Position numbers and translations under genes: made by a program. Of a stretch of DNA of 64,000 nucleotides, positions 1-8,904 are shown in pieces (positions within the stretch are counted from its first letter, which is position 1; the number at the start of each line of letters is the position of its first letter). The notes under the pieces are model-generated. The model was not told where the DNA came from and made no database searches. It was given only the letters and a program-made list of their open reading frames with translations. This DNA is from Myxococcota bacterium. Its GTDB lineage: Bacteria > Myxococcota_A > UBA796 > JAJRTE01 > JBJTQF01. Where the stretch lies: assembly GCA_046075485.1 (NCBI GenBank), contig JBJTQF010000040.1, positions 7,144 to 71,143 of the forward strand, given 5' to 3'.

Positions 1-4
1 GCGA

Positions 5-1969
5 TTGTTGGCCCTGAGCCTCGCCACTGGACTGGGACTGAGCGCCTGCTCATCCGAGTTTCAAGCGGTCTCGGTCAACCCACGGCGGGCCTGGGACGAC
101 TCACAGCGGCTGCTCTTTTTGTATGGCTCGGGTTTTGAGCAGGGTGTGACCGCCACCGTCTCTTATATCGACCAAGAGGGACAGCCCCAGAACGCCAGCA
201 TCGCCAACGTGCAGGTGCTGGATGGTTATACCCTCGCGGGCTATTTGCCCAACTTGGCCGACCAAGTGAAAGCGGAGATCTTCCCCTACAAAGAATTTGT
301 GGGATACTCCGGCAGCGTGACCCCTGGACTGTACGACTGCTCCAGCGGTGAGCCGATCCTCTATACCCCAGGCTCGACCCTCACCTATTGTAACGCCCTG
401 GGCCAAAGTTTGAGTTATGCCCCCTTTGACGATACTCAGCCCAACGTGCCCCCCGCCAACGGTGAGAGCGCCCTTCGGTACGCCGACTGGTACGACCTCC
501 TGCACACCTGCACCTATTATCTGAGCGGCGAGAGCAGCATCACCGACGAACAACTGGCCCTGCTCATCCCCGATTATGGGCTCGGCTGTTTTTTCACCGA
601 GTCTGAAGGCCAGCGCACCTACGAATATTGTCCGCTCTACATCCCGAACAGCGAAGTGGATGTGATTGTGCAGCAAAATGGTGAGAGCCGGACCCTCTCG
701 CGGGCCCTCTCCCTGCGAAACCACGCCTACGACTACTATTATGACGAGCGATACGGCCAGCGCGTCCAGGGAGGCTTCGGCATCCTGGGAGAGCTGACCG
801 TGGGCATCGAAGAAGGGTTTGGTACACAAGGGGATGTTAACCAAGTCACCTTTGGAGATGGCTCCAGCGTGGGTTTGGTGGCCACCTTCAACACCGTAGA
901 CCAGACGGTCAGCCTGCTCAGCGATGTGTATGGCGGCACCCTCGGAGAAGCCACCGCCTACCGTTTTCTCGAAGGTGCCCCCAGCAGCGTCCGCTTGGGA
1001 CAGCTCAACGGCGACACCGTACCGGACCTGCTGGTCACCGTGCCAGACGACGGCGCCGCTTTTATCATGTACACCAGCGCCCAAGACCCCAGCACCGCCA
1101 GCCCTCTCAGCTTCGCCGGAGAACCCAGCCGCCTTCCCCTCATCGACTTTAAGCCTCAGCTCAGCGCCATTGGAGACGTCAACGGTGATGGGAATACCGA
1201 TATCGTCTTGGCGGGCGTGCGGGTGAGCAACGCCAGCACCGGGCGGATTGCCATCCTGCTTCGAGACGCAGACACCGGCTTGAGCACGCCGACCTATCGT
1301 GACATCGGTGGACCTCCTGCTCAGCTTGTGCTGGGGAGCCTCAACGCCGACTTTGGATTGGATATTGTGCTGCTGGACGCCAACACCCCCGCCCTCACCC
1401 GCGTGTTGAGCCGGAAAGAGCCGACCAGTGGTGCCCTCGAGTTTGTGGTCCAGACCTCCAACCTCTCGACCAGCAGCGAGCCGCTCGGGTTGGGTGTCGC
1501 ACAAGTGGGCTTTGACGACGGCAGCCTGCGCCATCAGCTCATGGACACCACCGGCGACGAAAAGACTGACGTGGTCTTGCTGGAGCGTGATGGAACCGAG
1601 CGCCACGTCTTGGTGTTTGCAGGCAATGGTGCCGGAGAGCTGAGCAATCCGGTCCCGACCGTCCTCCCCATCGCAGCGGAAGCCATCGGGTTGGTGCAGA
1701 CCGATGCCGATGGGCTGATCGATCTGGTCGCGGCGTCCCCGGAGGGTCGTTTGGCCCTGCTGAAGGGCTCCAGCTCCACCCGCTTTAACTTTGTGACCAC
1801 CCTCTACGGTGCCTCCGACGTGGGGCAGCTCTTCAGCTTAGATCTCGACCTGGATGGAGACGAAGACTTGCTCACCCTCAGCCCGCTCTCGGCGTCGCTG
1901 GCCCTCTACAACAACCCCTCCACCTTGTGGGAGTATTTTGAAAGCACCCTCGGCTATTGCACCTACTGA
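5..1969 (+). CDS. FG-GAP/VCBS-repeat lipoprotein (beta-propeller-like); 5' end may lie outside the window
   Basis: The ORF opens with LATGLGLSAC, a lipobox-like signal with no basic n-region, so the true start is probably upstream of position 1. It contains repeated DVNGDGNTDIVLAG / LDIVLLD / DTTGDEKTDVVLL / DLDLDGDEDLL motifs typical of FG-GAP calcium-binding propeller blades. The stop is TGA. Confidence 0.6.
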   Translation: MLALSLATGLGLSACSSEFQAVSVNPRRAWDDSQRLLFLYGSGFEQGVTATVSYIDQEGQPQNASIANVQVLDGYTLAGYLPNLADQVKAEIFPYKEFVGYSGSVTPGLYDCSSGEPILYTPGSTLTYCNALGQSLSYAPFDDTQPNVPPANGESALRYADWYDLLHTCTYYLSGESSITDEQLALLIPDYGLGCFFTESEGQRTYEYCPLYIPNSEVDVIVQQNGESRTLSRALSLRNHAYDYYYDERYGQRVQGGFGILGELTVGIEEGFGTQGDVNQVTFGDGSSVGLVATFNTVDQTVSLLSDVYGGTLGEATAYRFLEGAPSSVRLGQLNGDTVPDLLVTVPDDGAAFIMYTSAQDPSTASPLSFAGEPSRLPLIDFKPQLSAIGDVNGDGNTDIVLAGVRVSNASTGRIAILLRDADTGLSTPTYRDIGGPPAQLVLGSLNADFGLDIVLLDANTPALTRVLSRKEPTSGALEFVVQTSNLSTSSEPLGLGVAQVGFDDGSLRHQLMDTTGDEKTDVVLLERDGTERHVLVFAGNGAGELSNPVPTVLPIAAEAIGLVQTDADGLIDLVAASPEGRLALLKGSSSTRFNFVTTLYGASDVGQLFSLDLDLDGDEDLLTLSPLSASLALYNNPSTLWEYFESTLGYCTY

Positions 1970-2034
1970 CGCAAACCGACGTGCATTTCTCACGGCTGGA
2001 GGATCCTCATATGTATGGTTTTAAGGAGTTGGGC

Positions 2035-4851
2035 ATGCAGAAGTCTCTGATTCGGCTTCTCGCGTTTTTGTTTCTGATGTGGGGTGCCGTAGGGGTCTTT
2101 GCGGCGGAGACCGGCACCTTACGAGGCTCGGTCAAAGATGCCGCCACCCAGACCCCACTCGAAGGGGTGCAAGTGGCCGTCGAAGGCAACGCGCTCCCCG
2201 GTGGGCGCTCTCGGCTGACCGACCCCAAAGGCAATTTCTGGTTTCCGGTGATTCCGCCCGGTGAGTATCGCATCACCTTCTCCAAAGAAGGGTATCAGAA
2301 CCGGGCCTTTAACGCCTCCGTGCGTTTGGACCAGACCACCACCATTCCACCGGTGGAGCTGGCCTTACTCTCTTATACCACCGAAGCCATCGAAGTCGTC
2401 GAGACCGCCCCCGTCATCGACAATACCCAATCGGCGGTCACTCAGAACCTCGACGAAGACTATTTTGATCGCCTGCCGGTGGGACGCAGCTATCAAGCCG
2501 TCATCCAGACCTTGCCCGGCGTCTCGGGACGCATCAACTACTCCGGCGGAGGCCCCTCCACTGGCAACCCCAGCGTGCGCGGTGAAGGTCAGTACGGGAA
2601 CAACTACCTGCTCGAAGGATTCTCGACCCGCGATCCCTTGACCAAAACCACCGGGTTTGACCTCCCGTTTGACGCCCTCCAAGAGATCAACGTCTTCACC
2701 GACGGCGCACCCGCTGAGTATGGCAACTTTACCGGCATGGTGGCCAACATCTTGCTCAAAGCGGGCTCAAACGAGTATCACGGCTCGGCCACCTACGGTT
2801 TTAACACCTCGGCGAGCTGGGGACAGGTGCTGCAAGCCAACCCTGCGCAAGATCTGACCCAGCCGGTATTGGTGGACAAACGTTCGTTCCGCAACCATAA
2901 CCCGGTGCTCTCTCTCTCGGGGCCGGTGGTGCCCGACAAGCTCTGGTTCCTCTCTCTGGTCAACTTTACCACCGGTGAGCAGCGGCTGGAGGGTGCGGCC
3001 AGCTCCACCTATACTCCTTATAATTATCAGGTGCTCAACCGCTTTACGTGGAATCCCTTCCAAGATTCCAGCACCCTGCTCAACTTTACCGTCCAGAAAC
3101 AGCAATATTATCTGGAAGGCGCCGATGCCAGTGCCCTGGTAGCACCCGAAGCCACCACCAACTTTGCTTATGACCTGCTGGCGCTCAACGCGAACCTCAA
3201 GGCCAGCCTCTCTCCTTTTGTGGTGCTCGAGGCGAAGTGGAACAAGACCAATCGTTCCTTCTATGACATCTCGGTGGTCAATGAGTATACCCCCTCCGTT
3301 GAAGACTACGAGACCGGATATGTTTCCGGCAACACTCTGGTGTTGTACTCCACCTTGAGGCAGCGGGAGGGATTTGCCATTCATCTGACCGGTTTTATGA
3401 CCGAGCTGCTGGGCCAGCATGTGGTCAAAGGTGGGTACGAGTACCACAACACCCGCAATACGGACGAGTTTCGGTTCACAGGTGGTATCGGAACTGAAGA
3501 TGCGCCCGCGTATTCCTACGTGACCATCGGGGGCGAGCCCTATCAGCGATATGAGTATTATAACGTGGGGCCACTCTCCCATGAGGGTGACAACCATGTG
3601 CTCTTCTTGCAGGACCAGTGGCAGCCGGTGAGTAACTTGACCCTCAACCTGGGTCTGCGGGGAGACAACGAGACCCTGGTGCAAGACGCGGGACGGCGGG
3701 TGATCGACCAGTGGGCGATCTCTCCTCGTTTTGGTGCCGCTTGGGATATCACCGGCGATGCCTCCAACGTGCTCACCGTCAATGCGGGGCGCTATTACGA
3801 CATCAACGGCCTGACCTTTGCAGCCTGGGCCGATACCCGGAGTGCCTATTATTTTACGCTGTGTGAGTATAATCCGGCGACACAGGCTTACGATCTCAAC
3901 TGCTATACCCAGGATCCGGTGGGGAATCCGCTGGTATATGGCGATGGTTTGGTACCCTATCACCTGGATAAGTTTACCCTCGGCTTTACCCGTGCGGTGA
4001 ACACCGACATTGCGGTGGGCATCAAGGCCATCATCAGCAGCAGCAAGGATCTGCCGGAAGACGCGCAGTTTACCCCTGTGCATTGGGAGATCGTCAACCC
4101 GGAGCTCAAGCGTCGAGACTACCAAGCCCTGGAGCTGACGGTGGACCGTAAATTCCGGGACAACTGGCAGGTGTTGAGCGCACTCACCCTCGCGCGCACG
4201 CGAGGCACCAGCCCTGGATCCTTTGATCAAGGCAACGGTGATGGCAACCAAGTGGGCACCTTCATGGATGATATGGCCGACCCCTGGCAGCGTACCGCCA
4301 ACGATTATTTTGGGTATGACTTTGCCGGGCTGGGTTACAACGACTATACCGCTTTTAACCAGACCTTCGAGGGCAGCACCGAAGGATGGTATGGGTATCT
4401 GCCGGAGCATTCGTTTGTGAACTTTAAGCTCAACGGCTCCTACTTTTTGCCGTTTGGCACGGAGCTGGGCATGGTATACGAGTTTGATTCCGGTCATGCG
4501 TGGCAACGACGAGGCAGTGTGCCTGCTTATGGTTTTACTTCTTTTCCCGAAGGAAGAGGCGCTCGTTTTATGCCACCGGTGCATTATCTCGATGTGCGCG
4601 TGGCCCACAACATCACCCTCAAGAACAACCGTAAGCTCTCCGCTGAGCTGACCCTCTTCAATGTGCTGGACCTGCAAGGGGTGGTCAACTATTACGAGAG
4701 CTGGACGTTGCCCAACGACTACGACATCGACGCCGATGGCAATATCCACTATTACGACCGGAATGGAAACGAGATCAACCAGCTCTTTGGCCAGCCCCTC
4801 TATTATCAAGCCCCACGTTCCTTGCGGGCCTACCTCAAGCTGGAGTTCTGA
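2035..4851 (+). CDS. TonB-dependent-receptor-like outer-membrane beta-barrel with an N-terminal carboxypeptidase-regulatory-like domain
   Basis: ATG at 2035 sits behind AAGGAG (2023-2028) and gives the signal peptide MQKSLIRLLAFLFLMWGAVGVFA. An N-terminal GTLRGSVKD..GEYRITFSKEGY segment looks like a CarbopepD_reg fold. It is followed by a plug-like DNTQSAVTQNLDEDYFDRLP segment and a long Tyr/Gly/Asn-rich region ending in a C-terminal Phe (KLEF). Confidence 0.6.
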   Translation: MQKSLIRLLAFLFLMWGAVGVFAAETGTLRGSVKDAATQTPLEGVQVAVEGNALPGGRSRLTDPKGNFWFPVIPPGEYRITFSKEGYQNRAFNASVRLDQTTTIPPVELALLSYTTEAIEVVETAPVIDNTQSAVTQNLDEDYFDRLPVGRSYQAVIQTLPGVSGRINYSGGGPSTGNPSVRGEGQYGNNYLLEGFSTRDPLTKTTGFDLPFDALQEINVFTDGAPAEYGNFTGMVANILLKAGSNEYHGSATYGFNTSASWGQVLQANPAQDLTQPVLVDKRSFRNHNPVLSLSGPVVPDKLWFLSLVNFTTGEQRLEGAASSTYTPYNYQVLNRFTWNPFQDSSTLLNFTVQKQQYYLEGADASALVAPEATTNFAYDLLALNANLKASLSPFVVLEAKWNKTNRSFYDISVVNEYTPSVEDYETGYVSGNTLVLYSTLRQREGFAIHLTGFMTELLGQHVVKGGYEYHNTRNTDEFRFTGGIGTEDAPAYSYVTIGGEPYQRYEYYNVGPLSHEGDNHVLFLQDQWQPVSNLTLNLGLRGDNETLVQDAGRRVIDQWAISPRFGAAWDITGDASNVLTVNAGRYYDINGLTFAAWADTRSAYYFTLCEYNPATQAYDLNCYTQDPVGNPLVYGDGLVPYHLDKFTLGFTRAVNTDIAVGIKAIISSSKDLPEDAQFTPVHWEIVNPELKRRDYQALELTVDRKFRDNWQVLSALTLARTRGTSPGSFDQGNGDGNQVGTFMDDMADPWQRTANDYFGYDFAGLGYNDYTAFNQTFEGSTEGWYGYLPEHSFVNFKLNGSYFLPFGTELGMVYEFDSGHAWQRRGSVPAYGFTSFPEGRGARFMPPVHYLDVRVAHNITLKNNRKLSAELTLFNVLDLQGVVNYYESWTLPNDYDIDADGNIHYYDRNGNEINQLFGQPLYYQAPRSLRAYLKLEF

Positions 4852-4857
4852 GCCCTC

Positions 4858-6018
4858 ATGCCCTTGCGTGTTGTGCATGTGCTGCTGGAGCCTCGGATGG
4901 GAGGTCCGCAGCTCCGAATTCTCGCGGTGGCGGAGGCGTTGCGGCGAGAGGGCATCGAGAGCCGAGTGGTATTGCCCGAGGGGCCTGCTCCGTTTGAAAC
5001 ATACCTACGAGCCCGGGATTTTGAGGTGGCGCGCGTGCCGCTCACCCGCTTTCGGGGATCCTCTGATCCTCGCCTTCTGCTCGAGAGCCTCAAAAACCTG
5101 CCGCCCGGCACCTCCGCTTTGGTAAGGATTCTTCGCGCCTGTCACGCAGATATTGTACATATACATGGACTGTATCAGCCTCAAGGAGCACTGGCCGCGC
5201 GTATCGTGGGTATCCCGTTGGTATGGCATCTCAACGACCTGCTGCTGCCGCGAGCGTTGGTGCGGGTACTGGCGCCGGGGGTGTTGAAGGTGGCGCAGGC
5301 CGCGATCACGGTCTCTGAAGCGGTGCGTCGGTATCTGTTTGAGGGCTTGGAGACCCACGGGCGGGTGGTGACGATCTACGATCCACCGGTCAGAACGGAG
5401 AATATCTCCGCTCAGCCTGCTCAGCGGTCTCACGAAGGGCTGGAGCTGCTCACGGTGGGCAACTTGTACGCCGTCAAAGGGCAGGATACCCTGGTGGAGG
5501 CCATGCGCTATCTTCGCCTGCCTGCCACCTTGAGGCTGGTCGGCGCGCCGTTGGACACTCAGCCGGAGGTGGCACGTCGGCTGGAGCAGCTTCGTCGGAG
5601 CTTGCCGGATCCTACCCGTGTGCGGCTGGAAGGCTGGCAAGAAGACGTGGCTGGATTTCTGGCTCGGGCGGATGTCTATGTGCATCCCTCTCGCTCTGAA
5701 GCCTGTCCTCTGGCGGTGCTGGAGGCCATGAGCGCCGGAAAAGCGGTGGTGGCCACCCGGGTGGGTGGAGTGCCGGAGCTGGTCCAGGAGCTGCACACCG
5801 GCTTGCTGGTGCCTCCGGGTGAGCCTCGCCTGCTTGCGCTGGCGTTGGAGTCCTTATTGCAAGACGACGGGCGACGGCTGACGTATGGTGTGGCCGCTCA
5901 ACAGCGCGTCACTCGGTATTTTTCGCTGACACGGTGTGCGCAGCGACATGCAGCGATTTATCGAGCGGTCCTCGAGGGCAGGCCCGCTGCGGATTCGGTA
6001 GACCCTCTGATGGGATGA
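4858..6018 (+). CDS. Glycosyltransferase, GT4 family (GT-B fold)
   Basis: The C-terminal motif EACPLAVLEAMSAGKAVVATRVGGVPELV is the classic GT4 E-X7-E region. The length (386 aa) fits the family. Confidence 0.8.
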   Translation: MPLRVVHVLLEPRMGGPQLRILAVAEALRREGIESRVVLPEGPAPFETYLRARDFEVARVPLTRFRGSSDPRLLLESLKNLPPGTSALVRILRACHADIVHIHGLYQPQGALAARIVGIPLVWHLNDLLLPRALVRVLAPGVLKVAQAAITVSEAVRRYLFEGLETHGRVVTIYDPPVRTENISAQPAQRSHEGLELLTVGNLYAVKGQDTLVEAMRYLRLPATLRLVGAPLDTQPEVARRLEQLRRSLPDPTRVRLEGWQEDVAGFLARADVYVHPSRSEACPLAVLEAMSAGKAVVATRVGGVPELVQELHTGLLVPPGEPRLLALALESLLQDDGRRLTYGVAAQQRVTRYFSLTRCAQRHAAIYRAVLEGRPAADSVDPLMG

Positions 6019-6944
6019 GCCGTATGAAGATCTTGGTCACCGGTGGTCTGGGTTTTATTGGGCAGCACTTGGTGCGCACGCTGCGGAGCGATGGGCATGA
6101 AGTGTGGACGCTTGACCTGCTGCACCATCACGATCCTCAGCACTTGCGGGTGGACATGCGCTCGTATCGGGCGCTCGAGCACGCCCTCGCGGGGGGAGGA
6201 TTTGAGCTGGTCTATCAGCTTGCGGCGGAGGCGGGGCGCTGGAACGGCGAAGCGCACTATGAAGCGTTATGGGAAACCAATGTGATAGGAACCAAACATC
6301 TCATCCGGCTTCAAGAAAAGCTCCACTTTCGGATGGTTTTTTTGTCCAGCTCAGAGATCTATGGAGACTTCGACGGCGTGATGTCGGAGGACGTGCCGGA
6401 TCACACACCGATTCGGCTCTTGAACGACTACGCGATGACCAAGTGGGTGGGAGAGTGTCAGATCCGCAACTCTGAGACCATGTTTGGCACGGAGACGGTG
6501 CGGGTGCGCCTCTTTAATGTGTATGGAGCTGGAGAGTATTGGGGAGAAAACCGGGGGGTGGTGGCGCGTTTTTTGTACAGTGCCTATTACGACCTGCCCT
6601 ATACCGTCTATTTGGATCACCATCGGACCTCCACCTATGTCACCGACACGGTGAGAACGCTGGCCAATATCGCCACTCGCTTCCGGCCCGGCGCGGTTTA
6701 TAACGTGGGAGGGCACGAGTATCACGACATCAAGGGGCTCTCCGACCTGATCCTGCACAAGCTGGGCAAGAGTGACGAGCGGGTGACCTATGCGCGGAGT
6801 GAAGCCTTCACGACCCGGGACAAACAAGTGGACATGAGCCGGGCAGAGCGAGAGCTGGCCCATCATCCGCAGATTTCGTTGAGTGAAGGGTTAGATCTTA
6901 CCATTATGTGGCTCAAGGAGCACTGGCCACCCGCACGGCGTTGA
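6015..6944 (+). CDS. NAD-dependent epimerase/dehydratase (SDR family)
   Basis: MKILVTGGLGFIGQHLV is a Rossmann GxxGxxG fold, and YAMTKWVGE supplies the YxxxK catalytic motif. ATG 6015 overlaps the upstream TGA (ATGA), so the start could also be 6024. Confidence 0.8.
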   Translation: MSRMKILVTGGLGFIGQHLVRTLRSDGHEVWTLDLLHHHDPQHLRVDMRSYRALEHALAGGGFELVYQLAAEAGRWNGEAHYEALWETNVIGTKHLIRLQEKLHFRMVFLSSSEIYGDFDGVMSEDVPDHTPIRLLNDYAMTKWVGECQIRNSETMFGTETVRVRLFNVYGAGEYWGENRGVVARFLYSAYYDLPYTVYLDHHRTSTYVTDTVRTLANIATRFRPGAVYNVGGHEYHDIKGLSDLILHKLGKSDERVTYARSEAFTTRDKQVDMSRAERELAHHPQISLSEGLDLTIMWLKEHWPPARR

Positions 6945-6969
6945 GAGCCTCTCAGACTCGCCCCCGTTC

Positions 6970-7035
6970 TACTTCCTTTTTGAAACCGCTCTACCTCCTT
7001 TTTAAAACCGCTCTACTTCCTTTTTGAAACCGCTC
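6970..7035. repeat. Three tandem copies of a 22-bp unit (ctacttcctttttgaaaccgct), just after the epimerase stop and ahead of the AT-rich leader of the giant lipoprotein gene
   Basis: Direct reading of the sequence. Copies 1 and 3 are identical and copy 2 has 2 mismatches. Confidence 0.8.
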
Positions 7036-7282
7036 AAACGGCATGTAAAAGTCCTTTTAAATAGGAATGTTGCCAGGATATCTGCGCACGAAAGAAGGCG
7101 ATTTAAGCTAAAGATACCGACTCACCGGTATTAAATATCGAGTGCCATGTTCAAACTTCTTTTATAAGCCTTCGTAAAAACTTAAAATCTTGTTTGCCCA
7201 TAGAAAGAAGTCTATGCGATGCACGGACTGCTGCTTGTACGTTTCCAGTGGCAGCACCGCAGGCCACAAAGGAGCAGACAAG

Positions 7283-7882
7283 ATGGACAAACAGAGACGC
7301 TGGTTCTTACCCCTCGCCCTGCTCGCCGGACTCACGGCGTGTACGGGCACGGAAGACCCGAGTGAGACCCCCGATCTTTCTCCCACCGGAGAGACGGAGA
7401 GCCCCTCCGAGACCCCGACGAGCGCCACGCCCACCCCGACGAGCGCCACGCCCACCCAAGCGCCCGATACGGATGGAGATGGTCTCTTCGATGGCAACGA
7501 CAACTGTCCACCGCTTGACAATTCAGATCAAGCGGATCTCGATCAGGATGGCATCGGCGATCTCTGCGACGAAGATGTCGATGGAGATGGTTATCTGCCT
7601 GAGAATCCATTGCCCTCTCAGGTAGACTGTGATGACCGTGATGCACAGGTACATCCTTCCGCTGTGGAAGATTCATGCTCTGGCGCTGATACCAACTGTG
7701 ATGGCAGTGTGGCCTTCTGCTTTCCACCCGACGAAGGGGCTCAGCAGCTCCAAGTGGAGAGCTGCATCGGTCCCATGACCTTCACCATTGCCCCCATGCC
7801 GTGCAAGATCTGGAGCATTGTACCACCTATCGAGATGATGGCACCTTACTCTGTCGGGTGGAGCTCACATGCTCCCCCCTGA
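7283..7882 (+). CDS. Lipoprotein N-terminal segment with thrombospondin-type-3-like Asp-rich calcium-binding repeats; probably the first part of a frameshifted giant adhesin
   Basis: AAAGGAG (7268-7274) precedes ATG 7283. The signal MDKQRRWFLPLALLAGLTAC carries a lipobox, followed by a Pro/Thr/Ser-rich linker and DTDGDGLFDGNDNCP..DQDGIGDLCDEDVDGDGY repeats. The frame ends at TGA 7882, right after a C6 run (7873-7878). The +2 frame continues the ORF from there. Confidence 0.55.
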   Translation: MDKQRRWFLPLALLAGLTACTGTEDPSETPDLSPTGETESPSETPTSATPTPTSATPTQAPDTDGDGLFDGNDNCPPLDNSDQADLDQDGIGDLCDEDVDGDGYLPENPLPSQVDCDDRDAQVHPSAVEDSCSGADTNCDGSVAFCFPPDEGAQQLQVESCIGPMTFTIAPMPCKIWSIVPPIEMMAPYSVGWSSHAPP

Positions 7883-8841
7883 ACGACGATGAAGCGGTTC
7901 AGAGCAGCCTTCGCATCGAGCATGAGCTGCTCAGTCCAGCCCTTCAGCTTGAGCCCTTGTTGCAGTTTAACATCCCGGCAGAGGTGAGCTGGCCCTACCA
8001 ATATGATGAAGCCTCCAGCCTGCTCAGCAGCGCCAATGCCAGTGCATATGTAGACTGGCTGGGATTGCTTCAGCTCGATGAGCTGACGGGTGAGGTGCGT
8101 GAGACACTGTCTGCCGCCTCAGCGGGGGTGGATCAGGTGGTCTTTGCCCACGATCACTTCTCTACTTGGCAGGTGGGAACAGGGTCGCGGACCTTTGAGT
8201 TTGAGCCCGTCTATCAGAGCAGCGATCTTTTTCCCGGTGGAGACGCACGGGTGATTCTACCGCCCACGGGGAATGCCAGCCGAGCGTGGCGCTTCACTCA
8301 AAATACCGTGGAGGTGATCGGACGACAGAGTGACTTCCGAGCCATTCCATACTGTGTCTTTGAGACCAGCAGCGGCACGTATACGGCCAACAACTGCTTG
8401 ACCACCACGGTGGATGGAAGTGGCAGCAGTGGTGATCCCTATCTGGTGAAGGTACAACGTAATCCCATCATCAGTGTCACTCGCATTGAACACTTGGTCT
8501 ATGTGCTGGGGACAGCCGCCCTCAGCGCACCGTATGAGACCCACTGCTCCACCGATGCCATCCGTTTTGCCATTCAGAATGCACCGGCGCGAAGCAATGG
8601 GATCAGCGCGGGGTTTGTGCCGTGCAACAATGGTGGCAGTGGGGTGGTGGCACAGAATGATCCCTCCAGCAGCCATCAATGTCTTGATCTGATGGGCGAT
8701 CAACGACCAGAGCTCTTCAACTGTCTCGACCTAGAAGTGTGTACCCCGTCTGTCTTCTATCGTGATGGGGATGGGGATGGTTATGGCGCACTGGGTCAGA
8801 CCTACAGCGGCTGCACACAACCACTCGGCTACGTGATATAA
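7801..8841 (+). CDS. Middle segment of the giant surface protein, ending at an in-frame TAA inside a MopE-type repeat
   Basis: Open frame from GTG 7801, and open further upstream in the same frame. It ends ..DGDGYGALGQTYSGCTQPLGYVI followed by TAA at 8839-8841. The next ORF continues the same repeat in the same frame. Confidence 0.5.
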   Translation: MQDLEHCTTYRDDGTLLCRVELTCSPLNDDEAVQSSLRIEHELLSPALQLEPLLQFNIPAEVSWPYQYDEASSLLSSANASAYVDWLGLLQLDELTGEVRETLSAASAGVDQVVFAHDHFSTWQVGTGSRTFEFEPVYQSSDLFPGGDARVILPPTGNASRAWRFTQNTVEVIGRQSDFRAIPYCVFETSSGTYTANNCLTTTVDGSGSSGDPYLVKVQRNPIISVTRIEHLVYVLGTAALSAPYETHCSTDAIRFAIQNAPARSNGISAGFVPCNNGGSGVVAQNDPSSSHQCLDLMGDQRPELFNCLDLEVCTPSVFYRDGDGDGYGALGQTYSGCTQPLGYVI

Positions 8842-8904
8842 GCAGGAGACTGTGACGACACCGACGCTCAACGTTATCCCGGTCAGACCGAAGAGTGTGA
8901 CGGC

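Noticed and set aside
2767-4878. Long antisense ORFs opposite genes I trust: 2767..4878(-), 14364..15368(+), 15539..16243(+), 17276..18127(+), 19399..20601(+), 25070..25930(+), 25983..26738(+), 36244..36912(+), 45557..46807(+), 47773..48849(+), 101..1606(-)
   Set aside because: They overlap genes with clear family motifs on the other strand and have no motifs of their own. They are expected artefacts of high GC content (rare stop codons).
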